Of a stretch of DNA of 64,000 nucleotides, positions 25,531 through 38,835 are shown one piece after another. Below the pieces are notes generated by a model. That model did not search any database and was not told where the DNA came from. It was given only the letters and a program-made list of their open reading frames with translations. Location of the stretch: the NCBI GenBank assembly GCA_973895155.1, contig OZ316897.1, forward strand, positions 1,390,515-1,454,514, in the 5' to 3' direction. The position numbers and the translations under genes were made by a program. This DNA comes from Marsupella aquatica (taxonomy: Eukaryota; Plantae; Marchantiophyta). Position 1 is the first letter of the stretch. Each line of letters begins with the position of its first letter.

Positions 25531-28177
25531 GGAAAAACCTCCATCTTTGCAATCCTCCTGAACTTCCTCTTCTTTGGTCTGGTTACCAAACCAATGTCAG
25601 TCCAATGGGAATCTTCTACTACAACATGATGGCTAGCAGTGACCTTCTCGCGTTTCATAGGAACCATTTTGAATCTACATCTCCGCTAAGTGGGGTCTGC
25701 AGACAAGAACTCATGCAAGTGTGGTTCCCGGTGTGGTTGAGTTACAACGGTGTCCAATTTAGGAAAGAAAGATTTAACATTCCCAACGTCAGTAGCATCT
25801 TAAATTCAAAGTTCAAACAAGCTTGGTCCCCGTTGTTGGGGAAATCTTTAGTTCTTGGGAAGCACCGAGCTCTTGTTTTTCCTATTTGGAAGAAACTTTT
25901 CCAAAGTACGTCTTTTCTCACCTCACATTATCCTTGCGATCCCCTTTGTCAATCAATTTCCCTCACCATTATCCTCTAAAATATCTCTCACAGCCTTTGT
26001 CCCACTCTATGATAAGCGGCTTCCTCACACTAAGCCTCAAATTGGCCTATCCTCTTTCCAGATAACTTACTTCTCAAGTCAAGTCATGGATTATAATTTC
26101 CAACAAATCCTACAATTAGATAAGTCAATTATAGAAAACAAAGACTATGATCTTAAGATTTGCCATAGATGATATAATCACAAGCTCTGGCATCCTAAGC
26201 ATAACATTGTATCTTTCATCTCCATACTTTCTAACTAAAATATCTCTACAATCAACCTTCTTACGACATACCACTCTAATGTCAAAATATAAAGGAAAAT
26301 CAGACACATTATTAGGAAGCCTATTCAAATCTAACTTTGATACAATTTTTATTTTTTATTTTTTATTTTTTTAATTTAAAACCCGCGAAAACCCACGCGA
26401 AGGGGGGCCAAAAGCCATACAAGGCAAAGAACAAAGCCAAAAAGAACAAAAAATGGAGGGCCAGTTTCGTCCAAAACTCTAGGTCAAAGAGGACCAATAA
26501 AAAATATCAGACCGCTGCCAAGCGACCCAAGATAAGAGTTTAACTATAGAGCCTAGCATCTGAGCGCGTGATCCATCTCAACTTTTCCATACCTACTAAT
26601 TCTTTAATCCTGAGAATTCTAGTATGTTTTCTGCTAGGGCCGGAGGCTTCACAAATACCATGAAGAGAATCTAGAAGTTCAAACAAGACCAGGTTCATGT
26701 TGAAGATACGAGTCTGTCTAGAGTTGAAAACTTGTTCGTTCCTAGCCAGCCATAGAGTCCACATTGTGTGGAAAATCATGAAGATTTTGAGGGATTTATG
26801 GGCTCCCTGGTGACCTCGTAGTACCAGAGTGGCAAAAAGATCATCTTGTTGCCAGTTGAGAGTGCCTGTAAACGTTTGGCCAACCAAAGACCAGCAGCGT
26901 TGAGCAAAAGAGCAGGAAAGAAAAAGATGTGGGATCGTCTCCAAAACATTGGAGCAAAGCAAACAGTGGCCGTCTCCTTTCCCAATCCTCGCAGCTCTGA
27001 CTCCGGTGAAAAGACCTTGTGCTATTATTCTCCAGAGAAAGGTGCGAGCTTTGAGAGGAAGATCAGTTGACCATAGAGAGATCCAGAGCTTGTTCCATTG
27101 CCGTTCAGAGCGTGAATGGCCCCAAATTCCGTTGAGCCTGATAAAGTCTGAGCCTTTAGGTCTCAATAGATGGTACATCCGTGCATTGGGCAGATAGAAT
27201 TTTTCCATCCGCTCCTCCTTGTCCGACCAGCGCCATTGTGTGGCTCTAGACCTGAGAGGGCCTCGAACATCTGAAATGCCCTGGATTTTCCGGATGAAAA
27301 GCAGACACAACTCCCGAATCCACCACTCAAAACCTCTGATACGTGATAGTTTGTCTGTGTAGTAATGTAAGATCACGAGATGTTCACCCTGAAGATCTGC
27401 TATTTTCCTGATACCTATTCTCCCCAATAGCTTAATCATAGAACAGAGAGAAGGATCATCCAGCTGCTAAAAGCTTTCAAAACATCTAAGTACGTCCTCA
27501 ATGCTCCACCAGCTGGCGACACTAGATGCTTCCGGGGAGAAAATAAGATGAGAACGCAGTGATTCCCAAGCCTTCCACAGACCTCCTATGTAGTGAAGAC
27601 GACCAAAGGAACGAGGATAACTGAGTAATAAAAGATCTGAAAGAGAGTAATTGTTGCGCCGAATGTGTTTCTGATTCCTCCATTTTGCCAAACGTAGATT
27701 CGCTTCAAATAGGGAAGACCATTCAGACTGCTTTGTATCCAGTGCTCGAGTAAACCATTGGCATAGAAGCGCATCTGAATGGCTTCTAAAATCTTTGAAG
27801 CCGAGACCGCCATCAATTTTGGGTCTGGCCATCGTTTGCCAGGCAACCAGAGGAATCTTTCTGCCGCCAGCAGCATTGTAGCCCCAAAGGAAGTCTCGAC
27901 ATAAGGCAACCATCGATTTAGCTAGTGAGCTGGGGCTGCGCAAAAACATCATGTGATAAATGGGTATCGCTTGTAGCACATGTTTAATGAGAATAGTGCG
28001 TCCTGTAAACGATAGAAATCGAGTGGCCCAGCTAGAAAGTCTAGCACTGAGCTTGTCAAGACAGAATTTGTGAAGACGGGAGGCTGTTAAGCCCCATCCC
28101 AGAGGTGCACCCAGATAATGCTGAATTTTGCCAGGAAGGCTAATTTTGCATCCAGTGTTCGAAAGCCATTCTGGAAC

Positions 28178-31100
28178 TGTGACGCCGCCGGTACGGCGGT
28201 TAATGAGTGATTCAGTCTAACTGCGCTCGGCACGCGCGTTAGGTGGGTCTTAGGCCGCTATTATTAGCATAATGACAGTATTTAGGTAATCATTAGGAGT
28301 AGGACATCATTAGGCAATAAGGGGGACTTCAGGTTCGGGCTGGCGGCGGGTCGCTATTCGCACACCCGGGTTACGAGCGTGGAGGGGCCCCTCCCTCGGG
28401 TCCGTATAACGAACTTAAGGAAGCGGCCACTGACGCACGCTGACTCAGACCGGCGGAGTGGCCGGTACACCACAAGCGTGAGCGGTTCAACCTATGGGCG
28501 TCGAGGAGACGTCGGGGATCGACAAGCCCTCAAAGTATAAAAGGGGAGCCAACCCTTTGTAGTGCACCAGTCCATCAGTCCGCGCGCCAGCTTCGACCCC
28601 AGCTCTCTCGTTCTCTCTAGGTCGCCACTACTATCTCCTCTGAATGTCGCACACGATCCTCTCCAGCTCGGCCATTCGATTCTGGACGCAGTTCCTATCT
28701 ACCGGAAGGCACTTGGCCGATTCATTGAAACACGCCAACCCACGCCGATACGAGATCGAACGCGAATACGAGAGAGCCATCCGCCTAGCAGGACGACACC
28801 ACTACGTCCTTAACTTTGACTACCCGTCTCAGAGCGAGCTTTACCGACCAGCTGAGGTATCTGGGTACTTCTTCAACGGAGACAAATATATCGGGTTCTG
28901 GGAAGCATTGCTTCGGCTTCCGGACGAGGTCTTCAATATCCCGGGTACAATCGACCCTGCAATGACATCACTTCGACCACATCCCTGCCCAGGTTCGGGC
29001 GGTCATTAACGGCGAGTCCAGTACCAACCGTTCGACAAGGGCGTCCGCACTCGCTTCGGAGAACTTCTACCAGCACCTACAGAGCTTCATGGGAACTCGG
29101 CCATCAACCAACATGACCAACTCAGCCGGACCCGTACCCGTACCGGTACCCGTGCCCATGCAACCTCAGCTTCAGCTTCAGCCTCAGCCGCAGCCTAGCC
29201 AAACCCCCCCACCTATCACCCAGCCAGCACAGGTACGCTCCGTCATCAACGCTGTGGATCTTAGCGATGACGACGAGGCTACCCCACCCTTGACCAGGCG
29301 GCCCAGAGGAACAAGCGCTCGGGGGGCCGACACTATATCGTCCCCACCCCCTGCTCTGACCCCAGGAGCGGCCCCAGCAGACAACATGGTGACCGTGGCC
29401 GCCCCGGGCCCGTTACCAACCGCAGTGGCACTCCCCAGGCCCGATCGGGAGGATGGGGAAGTATCACCTTCCCCGAGTCAGTCACGGGGAAAGAAGAGGA
29501 AGGAATCCGCCAGTGCATCCGGGTTACCGTTGGCCACGGTAGCCGTAGCCAAGGTAACGATGCATCGCGTGGGGGAAAACGTTCACAGCAACATCCTCCA
29601 TCCCAAGCATGCGGTGTACCTGAAGACTCAGGGATTTGAGCACCTCGCCTCTCTCCCCTGGAACACTTGCAGGTACTACGGGGAGGACATGACAGAATTC
29701 GTCAAGAATTATGACGACGTACGTCAACAGACTCGGCTGCGGGGAAGGAATATGTCCCTCACAGAAGAACGGCTCAAGATGATCTTCGGGTTACCCGAAG
29801 GTGACCATCGAGTCGAATCACGGGCTCCCGGGGGCAAGGGGGCCAAGTACCAATCTTCAAGTTTTCCCTCAGAGGGGTCAGTAGACAACGGGTTCGTGAT
29901 GAGGACCTGCCTCATGCCCGAGATAGCTGAGCGGCTGGAGTTCCAGAGGTACGCTCTCCACATGATGGAACCCCGGGGGGAGATCTCCGCCGCCCAAGTC
30001 ATCCAGGTCGAGAACTATCGACCTAGGAAATGGGCGTCATACTTCGCTAAGAAATTCCATGAAGAGATGGAGCGGCGAAGGAAGACGCTGTACATTGGCG
30101 GGAAGGCGTATTTCGCTAGCCACATCGAAATCATTCTTGAGTGGTACGCCCGGTTTGATCGACGAACCCTTCCCCGCATCAACGTTACAAAGCTGGTCCC
30201 AGCTAGGTGGGTTTTTCCGGCATTGGAGAGACGGCCCCAACCCGAGGCCCGAAGTCCAGTGGACACACCAGCTTCACCCACCCCACCTCTACAAATAGCT
30301 GTAATCGTAACCGAGGAGGCGCCGGAGGGGTCGGTCGTCGCAACCGTTGATGCGACCCAACTAGCCGGGCTAAGTACAGAAGTTGGTACGGCAGAGGTCT
30401 TACCCGAACCCGGGTCTCCCAAGGACCCGCCGGTGGCAATTCCGGAGAACCGGACATCGCTGCAGGAGGACACTCCAGCCCCTTCCAACGTTATGTCCCC
30501 AGGGTTGGATGTCACTGCCCCGGCCCCTGCGCGTGTTGCTGTCTGCCCGTGCCCAAATCCGGACAGGCACAACTTGGACCACCCGGAACTCTTCGTACAG
30601 GGTACATTTCTGAACGGGCTTCTGGGAGATTTCTCTCATCAAATTGCCCGGGATACCGGGGAGTTCATGGCCCGGAAGGTAGCCTGTTTCTTCAATCAGG
30701 AGTTGGTTGCCGCCGTAAAGGCAGGTCGGGCCCAGTCGGAGGCCCTTCAGAGGATAGAGCGGTACCGGGTGGAGTCCGTGTACCTAAAGAACGAAGTGGC
30801 GGCTCAAGAGGCTGAGCTTCTGCAACTACGACCCAAGGTTGCAGCCGCCGATGAGTTGTTATCAAAGGCGTACGCTCTTACCGCCCTAGCCGAACAGGCC
30901 AAAGCTGGGAACGAGGCCGAGATTACACGACTCCGGAACCAGATTGACAGTTTGAAGAAACAAGCTATCACCTGGCAGAAAGACCTGGAGGAGGCCGAGG
31001 AGCGAGCCCAGCGGGACGCGACGGAGATAGCCACGCTGCAGGCCGAGATGGCGCGGCTCCAAACCGAGGCCGAGAAGCAGGACCAGCTGGCGAGTAAACT

Positions 31101-32187
31101 GACGAGCGACGCCCAGCAGCTGGAGGAGGCATGTCAGGAGGCAGCAGAGGAGACGGACGCGGCGAGGCGAGAGAACGAATCTCTGCTGGACCAGGTCCAG
31201 CTCCTCAAAGCGGACAATGACAGGCTTCGAAGGCAGCGGGATGGCCGTTCCCATTCAGGCGGCTCTGGCAAGCGTGCCAGGCATTAGCGGTGGAGTAGGA
31301 ATAGATTAGGATTAGGATTGGCTTAGTCAGGGTCTTGGGACAGGCACCTGCCTTAGGTACAGCAGCGCTGCCCTGCTGTCCAGCCTGCGTAGATTAGGAT
31401 CTTCTAATAAGACACAGCCGTTTTCCGGCCTGACTGTCAGCTTAGTTAGGACCTTGGTCAGCGAATCTTCGGCGGGAGGACACCCCGTTCCTCGGCTCTT
31501 AGTATTTAGTGCACCCCTCGGTAGAGGCAAGAGGGGGGTTTTTAGTTTCAGAGTCGGACATCCGCGGGACACGCGGGGAGTCCCGACCTCTGGGAATGAC
31601 AGAGTACCAAGGGGAGGGGGTAGGACTAAGCTCACCGGGCGAGTGCGGAGCCGGGCTCCGTTGTAGTGTGCACCCTTGGCCTTGAACCTGTGCATTCCAG
31701 GGCTGTCGTGTCAACTAAGTGTACGCATATGTTCCCTTTGTAGTAAAATCCTTTCCCATCATTTTTCCTTCGTGTAAATCGAGATTGTATGCATGTGTGC
31801 GCATATGTGTGTGGGTTTCTCGTATATGGGTGGCAGCGCCGGGCCGAACGCACTACTCGAGACGTGCACAGGGTGCAGCCTGCGGGTAAGTGGTTGCGAG
31901 CACGGGTTGAGGACCTGTATCATCGAATCCGGATCGAAGGCGGACAGCACGAAGGCTTAGAAGCCCTTAAGCCGGGGTCGATCCTGCTATCGACTAAGGT
32001 ACGTTCCGGCGGCGGAACACAAACCATACCTAGGAGGTGTCCGTATTTAGCAGTATGCGCACTTAGCGCTAGTTTACGAGAATAAGGTGCATTACGTGCT
32101 TCCCTTCCTGCCCGAACCCTCAGATTTACGAGGGATGTGCCCGTCTAAGCTGAAGTCTGAGTTAAGGCCGAAGCCTACGACGTGACA
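28178..32187 (+). mobile_element. Giant solo LTR, family A copy 1 (4010 bp), containing a large ORF
   Basis: TGTGACG...CGTGACA termini and 5-bp TSD GGAAC (28173-28177 / 32188-32192). Near-identical to 39975-43973. No gag/pol. Confidence 0.9.
28644..31287 (+). CDS. LTR-encoded protein, family A (~880 aa reconstructed): plant-transposon-protein-like domain, Pro-rich linker, coiled coil
   Basis: ORFs 28644-29009 and 29089-31287 are joined in copy A2; here a +1 frameshift occurs at ~28958. TATA-like GTATAAAAG lies at ~28535. Confidence 0.75.
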
Positions 32188-32299
32188 GGAACATTTTCTG
32201 AAGTCAGGGGAATCACCGTCGATTTGCGAGATTTATGACTTTGATACATTTACGGGTTGTCTATTAAAATCCATCTAATATAAAATAAAATAGTTATAT

Positions 32300-33950
32300 T
32301 TCATTCATTTCCATAAACAACAATCAGGTATACAAATGGTGCATTGCTATTCATAACTGTTTCCATTAACTCAAACCCAAAATGATAAAGAAGATGCATT
32401 CTCATGGTATGCTTGCTAAGATAGTGAATTCTAATTAAGAAAGGATTGACAAATGACACAGCAAGTGGGGGATAAACTCTAGGTACTCAATTTATCATAT
32501 TATTCATTACAAGCACACTAGATTGATCTCAAGACTAATAAACATAAAACATAAAATATTTCTAAGGCCAACAATCAAGTTAGTACCCAAGCATAGATGT
32601 AAATAATAAACAAGACATGTGCACAAGAGGGGAAGAGTTCCTTACAATGTTGTGAGTCCAACATGATAGATCAAACAATGCGAATGACGAGAGTGTGCTC
32701 CTCTTCACTTTATTTATAGTGCCCTTTTGTGCTTTCCAAGAGGGCATGGATCGATGCCTAGACCCTTGGATGAAAGCCAAGTGAAAAGCATCAAACACCT
32801 ATAAGTGTGCTAGAACTATTCATAGTTGGTGGAACTACTGTGCGTAGTTGGTGGAATTATTACGCGTAATTGGTGGAACTACTATGCGTAATTGGTGGAA
32901 CTACTATGCGTAGTTGGTGGAACTACTATGCGTAGTTGGTGGAATTACTATGCATAGTTGGTAAAACTACTATGCATAAATGGTGGAACTACTGTGTATC
33001 ATTGTAGAATGTACACACTGCATATAGAATGTAATATATATGCTTTAATAGTACTACTATGAAGCTTTTAAGTAAAACCTTTTTCACATAAACTCAAATA
33101 ACACAATATGGATTCTAGCCTTCTAAAGGGAATCTCCACGACATATCACCCCCACTAAACCTGTGCAGCCTCCAATCTGCACCAACCTTATGACCTAGCT
33201 TCAAAGTCCTCTACATCACTCAAATCGTACACATTTTGTAAATAAAATTTCAAATGTTGTTTGAAAAGCTTAACCCTCTTGCCTGCATAAGGAACTTGAT
33301 GAATTGCTCCATCTAACTCTCGAACTGTGTATGTTGCATTTGGGTAAATAGTAACAACCATAAATGGCCCTCTCCATCTTCTCATAAACTTAGTTTTTAT
33401 CGAATGTTGTTGCTCCAACCCTCCTTCTGCAATAAGAACCCAATCTCCTTATTTGATTTGAATAGGTCTCAATCGATGAGTCTTATCAAATCTGACCTTA
33501 TTCTTCTCTCGTGCTTGCTTCACTTTCTCCATTGCAATGTCAATCTTTTCTAGAGTTGTTTGGAAATGTTCCATCCTCCTTGCAAGTAGCTCTTCATGTC
33601 ATATCTGATCTTCCCAGTCAACTGTCCTCCAACTAAAAACATTCTCCTCTAATGGCATTAAAGGTAGATGCCCACTCACTAATTCTGCCGGTGCATATCG
33701 TGTCACCAAACTACAAGTCATTATATTTGCTAATAGATCTAAAGGTAGTAAGTCTAGCCATCTTGATGCCTTTCCCTTGCATGATTTGACTAAGGCATTA
33801 ACAATTGGTGGATTACCTCTCTCACTCTTGCCGTTTGCTTCTGGATTGTAAGATGTAGTTAGCTTTAAGCGGATATGAAATTTCTTGAAGAATGCATTTG
33901 CCTCTTTGCTATCTAACTCTCCACAGTCAGCTCTCATGCACGACACATTT
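32300..33950 (-). mobile_element. Degraded Ty3/gypsy remnant: integrase 3' part, PPT and LTR
   Basis: TTSYNPEANGKSERGN and WRGPFMV integrase motifs. Purine tract GTGGGGGTGATA followed by TGTCGTGG at 33143 on minus. Left boundary is approximate. Confidence 0.75.
32810..33000. repeat. 22-bp tandem repeat TAGTTGGTGGAACTACTATGCG (~8 copies)
   Basis: Direct inspection; lies within the probable LTR of the old minus-strand gypsy remnant. Confidence 0.9.
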
Positions 33951-35394
33951 TAGATACCACTCTCGCTCATCTCCATCGCCTTTGGATTCAATAGAAGTGG
34001 ACAACCCTTCTTCTCTCTCCTCATTAATCATGAAATCCCCTACCTTCAAACCAAATCCCCGGTTAATGATCTTATTATCATAAGAGAAGCCATGATGTAT
34101 CCCAAATCCACACTGGAAATGGTAGTCACTAGGCCTTCAACTTTATACATTAGACGTTAAAGTCATTGTACCACTTTATGCCAATAATACCGCACTTTCA
34201 GGCTTAGAATTGGGCTGTACATCAAACGTTAAAGTACCTATATACTTTATGCCAAGAACACCATTCTGGACAACGTGCGTACCGTATAGTCATAGAATCT
34301 AGACCGTACATATAACTATAACTATACCTCAAAGAAGGTACCTATTTGCTAGTGGCCGCCAAAAAGGTACAAATTCTGCACATCTACAAGGTACCTATTT
34401 TCCAGCAGGCACCAAGGTACATCTACAAACTCTAGGGATCTGGTCAATTCTCCAAGATTCCATCTGGCCCTGCCTAAAACATTATTTCTTCTTTTATTGT
34501 GCAACTTATAATCCCCTCTGCAAAATTTCCTGACTTGGAGGATGAAGTTTAGGGTCTCTAACACGTAGTTGCATTTTTCTGGCTCTGTCGGCAAGTCTAT
34601 TTGTTCCATTGAAAGGTCATTTTTGCAGAATAATTCATATTTGGCAAGCCTCTCCGTGGTGGGTTAAGGACTTCCTAGGTTGTCGAGTGTTATTTACTGT
34701 TCATCCTAAGTCATTCTTGGTGGGGGTCTCCAAGATTTTGAGGTGGATTCTCATTGACTTTTACCTAGAATCCTAGTCGGTGAGGATCTTTGACATGCGG
34801 TTGCGCTATCTAACGAGCCTCTCTATGGTGGATTAGGGACACTTGGGGCCCATCTAACATTTCCTCACTCCGAGTGTCATTTAGTTTTCACCCTAAATTA
34901 TTCTCGGCGGGGGTCTCCGGGGTGGACTCGGATAATTTGGGGCAAGAGTATTTGTACTTGGCGAGTGTCTCCAAAATGGTTTTGGTTCTCTTGGTGCCCA
35001 TGATCTGTTATTTCCTAGTCATATTGTTGTTACCTTTTGACCATTAGTCATACTCGGCGAGCCTCTCTGAAATGGATTTGGGCCTTGTCAAGGATGGTAG
35101 ATCTATATGGACATTGTCGTTCTTTTACAAACATGCAATCCATACAAAATATGATTGTACATGCAAGCATTGAAAAGTTCTATATGGTCAGGCCTTGTAT
35201 GCTCTTTTGGATCCATCATTGTATTTTGGCGAGGGTCTCTGACATTGGATGTGGGATAGAACCAATTTGGCTCCTTCATTTGAAACGGAATACCCTTAAT
35301 TTCATCTCGGAGAGGGCCTCTAAGAGACACTGTGTAAGTTGTAGCTAACCTTTAAAACTGTCAAGAGGGTCGACAAGTTGTGTCGTCTGGCCAA

Positions 35395-35870
35395 AGTAAG
35401 CCCACCACTCCATCTCAAAGAGGGTCTCCGAGAGGCTAGGTCTCATCTAGCAACCTTTTTGACCCAAGAGGTGGTCTAGGATAACTGTTGTTTGGCCACT
35501 TGGGGCACACAGCTCCATCTCAAAGAGGGTCTCTGAGAGACTGGGTCGCAATCTTGCTTCCTTTCCACCCAAGACGCGATTGACAATTTCTGTAGTCTGG
35601 TCGTTTGGGCCACACCACTCCATCTCAAAGAGGGTCTCCGAGAGGCTAGGTCTCATCTAGCAACCTTTTTGACCCAAGAGGCGGTCTAGGATAACTGTTG
35701 TCTGGCCACTTGGGGGACACAGCTCCATCTCAAAGAGGGTCTCTGAGAGACTAGGTTGCAATCTTGCTTCCTTTCCACCCAAGACGTGATTGACAATTTC
35801 TACCGTCTGGTCGTTTGGGCCACACCACTCCATCTCAAAGAGGGTCTCTGAGCAACTAGGTTGTGATCTC
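35395..35870. repeat. Tandem repeat, 105-bp units in a 210-bp higher-order pair
   Basis: CTCCATCTCAAAGAGGGTCTC recurs at ~35408, 35513, 35618, 35723 and 35828; alternate units are near-identical. Confidence 0.9.
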
Positions 35871-35885
35871 CCTTACCGGGCATAC

Positions 35886-38813
35886 TGTGATGCCTAGCTA
35901 GGAATCACTGGGCTAGTTTAAAGTGGAAAAGGGAAGAGTACCCTAGAAACACATTAGTATAGTTACAAAAATAAGGAAAATATAAACAATTAAGGGTGAC
36001 TATGGAACCCGAGCCGAGGCTGGAAGTAAGGACGCCAGGGGAGAGAACACAATTAGGGTTAGGGCACGCTAAGTGCCGGTGGCTAGGGGTCACGACTGAA
36101 AGACAGACGCCGAGGAGAAGAGGGGTAAGGACCGCTCGCGAGGAGTTGTGGCTCATTTGCAGGCACAAACTGGGCAGACGACTACGGGCGGCCAACTACT
36201 GTCAACTGCTTAGGCAGGTACTCAGGGTGGAAGTAGATACCAACTATCAACTCGAGAAGGGTATGAGCAACGTCAATCAAGCGGCACATTTTTGGGGATG
36301 CCTGTTCGAACGGGCAACTGGGTACATTGGGACTTACAAGGACGAAGAATCGGAGAGAGCAGCAGGAGAACGGCAGGAGCTCGCTCGATTGTGGGAGCTG
36401 CAGAAAGCTGCCTTCTTAGGAGAACTCATCAAGGCCGAATTCTTGTGGACTCCTACCGGTAACGAGCTAGACGACCTGCTGTTTTGTGAAAACAAAGTTG
36501 TCGGCATCCGCGAAGCCATCAAACGCTGCAACGACATACACTGGGAGTTGAAGGGTAGCACAGAGGGGTGGACAAAGGCAACCGTGCTAGGAGAGATGTG
36601 TGGGGAATTGGTGCTCAGCATCTTTGGGGAGGAGTTGGAGCAGGGACCCTTTTTCCAGAGGGAGATGTTGGAGAAACGCCAATTAGAAGAAGCGATGGCC
36701 TTGGAAAGAAGCAAGAAGGACGAGGTCATCCGTCGGCTTAGGGCAAGGGAAGCCAAAATCGAAGATCTGAGGGCGGCCAGGAAAGCCCAAGATGAGCTGC
36801 GGATTAAGCGGCATGAGCTAAATATCATGCAGGGCCAATTAGATACCGCACAGTCAGATAATCGGATTATCAAGAATAAACTGCCGCGGACCCAAGGAGA
36901 GTTGGCCGATGCGATCAAGGAGCGGGAGAAGTGGAAGCGAGAACTAAGGGATGTAGAGGAGGCCCACATAACAGCCAACAACCGGGCCATGGTAGAGACC
37001 CAGAGAAGGGAAAGGGCGTTGAAGGGGGAGCTCAAGGATATCCGCGGAGCCCTTGAGCAGAAGGAGGCCGAGTTAGGGAAATCCTATCAAGGGATTATTG
37101 CGTTGCAACAGGAGCTTGCGTCCCTGACGGCCAGCTTCAAGGCCGACCTACGGGAGAAAGACGACCAGCTCGACCAGACTTATGCCAAGATGAATAAAAT
37201 GGAGTCTGTGGTCGTAACGGAGCTCGACAAAGAACTAAGAGCAACCCAGGAGGAGAGGGCTACCTTGAAAAAGGAATTGAAGGAAGCCCATAGGGAGCTG
37301 GAGGAATCCCAGAAAGAACTGGAGGAGGCACGCAAGGACCTGGACGAGGTGCAGGAGGAGTTGGAGGAAAGCACGCGGAGGCTGGAGAACTTACAACGAT
37401 GAGCCGACAACCAAACGGAGCGGCTGAAGAAACAAGCCGCATTATTTAAGTGCTTGGCTTCATCAGGCCCAACTCCAATTGGGGCAACCAAGCTACCAGG
37501 AGTGGTACTGACCGAAGGACAAGCCGCGCCACTTGCACCAGTGCCGGAAGTAAGTGGGAAGGGGAAGGGACCAGCTGCCGAACCAGAGAAGAAGAAGAAG
37601 CAGAAAACTTCTGGGTCAAGGAGTAATGCGGCTCCACAGGCCGAGGTGACCGAGGAGGTAAACCCAGCACCGACCCCAGGCAGGGTCACGGCAGAGGATC
37701 CAACTACCCTAGAAGAAGGGGATGCCAAGGCCTAGGCTCAGGCCGAAGCCGTGGCTGATGCCAAAACCGATGTTGAGGCCGAAGCCGGGGGTGGACCCAG
37801 TCAGGCCGATGAAGAGCTGACTCGGTCAAGGGCAGGTAATCTGTCAGTAGACGGGCCAACGGCAGTGGCTGAGGAGGAAACTTTGGGGGCGTCCACTGAG
37901 GAACAGACACTGCTACCATGACGGTGGTGGGGGGCCGCTTCTTTCAAGGAGGGCGGACGTGGAGGGAGGAGGCGTGAGTGGGCAGGGCGGGCTCAGATCT
38001 CTAAGTTTAGGATTAGGATCAGGACCAAGAGGCGGCCCTGACACTTAGCTTAGTGGGATTGCGGTTCCACTGGTAAGAGCAACACTTGTACTTCTGCCTT
38101 GCTGTACATAGGTAGATTCAGTTAGGTAGATTAGGCTTACGCTACAAAGAATTAGGCAGATCCACTACCAGGATAAATACCTGGGCAGCGGGGAGCTCAG
38201 GGCCTCTTCCTTAGCAAGTTTTTAGTTGCACCAGCCGGGCTGGGATCAAATAGTAAGAGAAGCTCTCGGTTAGTCATACAATGACCCTTGTATATATTCA
38301 TGTTTCCTCATGCCTAAGAACTGAATAGAGTTGGCCTCACGGCTTAGTTTGCAGAGCTTGTGTATGAGATGTACTGTTTGTATGACAAGTGCATGGTATG
38401 ACTCAGTGAGAAGGAGTCATTTTGCTATTTGTGTGTTGCATTAACTTGTGTGAAGAGTGCCCACATCAAAGGAAAGTAAGCAAGGGAGTGAGAGTTGGAT
38501 GTGTCGAGCTGAGAGAGGTCTTAGCGGCTTAACCAAGCCTATTGGGGATCATTCCGGCGGCGGAATCCAAACATACCTAAACAGAAGGAGGGGAAGACAA
38601 GGGAAGGCCTAGATTAGGCCGGCTATGTATCTCATGACCCGATGAAGGATCTGTCCAGTATATGTGTGTAAAAGGTTAATAGTAGTAGAGGAAGAAGTTA
38701 GCAGCGTTCCATGCCGCTAAGCCGCAAAAACGGCCTCGCCAAGCGCAAAACCTGCGGGAATCGGCTTGTGCTGGGGGGTTTCTTGGGTTTAGGGAGCCAT
38801 GGGGCGCACCACA
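35886..38813 (+). repeat. 5' LTR of element B (2928 bp, internally deleted)
   Basis: TGTGATG...CACCACA. Near-identical to 60353 onward except that it lacks 61067-62809. Confidence 0.9.
36002..37921 (+). pseudogene. LTR-encoded ORF of family B, 5' LTR copy (in-frame deletion, premature stops)
   Basis: ORFs 35996-37402 and 37454-37735 share one frame. The stops at 37400 and 37733 are sense codons in the 3' LTR copy. Long coiled coil. Confidence 0.75.
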
Positions 38814-38817
38814 TTTT

Positions 38818-38835
38818 TGGTGCTAGATGGAGGGG
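38818..38835 (+). promoter_or_regulatory. Primer-binding site (tRNA identity not assigned)
   Basis: TGGTGCTAGATGGAGGGG begins 4 nt after the LTR ..CA end; TGG is complementary to tRNA CCA. Confidence 0.7.

Larger units (their letters stand above)
26345..32237 (-). mobile_element. 5'-truncated L1 LINE (3' part of ORF2), interrupted by solo LTR A1
   Basis: ORF pieces 26540-27439 (zf-RVT: CLLC..ETIPHLFLSC) and 27467-28177, resuming at 32193 (KSTVIPL). A-rich tail at 26346-26372. TSD ACTTTGATACA at 26334-26344 and 32238-32248. Confidence 0.9.

Noticed and set aside
25531-26330. ORFs to the right of the MULE
   Set aside because: Fragmentary, with no recognisable domain.
28178-32187. The 4-kb units as TIR DNA transposons or host SMC/myosin genes
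   Set aside because: No transposase motif. TG..CA ends, 5-bp TSDs and homology to element B's paired LTRs indicate LTRs; the coiled coil alone is non-specific.
32810-33000. CRISPR-like regular repeats (also 35395-35870)
   Set aside because: Head-to-tail tandem units without unique spacers, no cas genes, eukaryotic context.
36334-37035. Antisense ORFs over LTR ORFs, pol and L1
   Set aside because: Shadow frames of the real coding strands.
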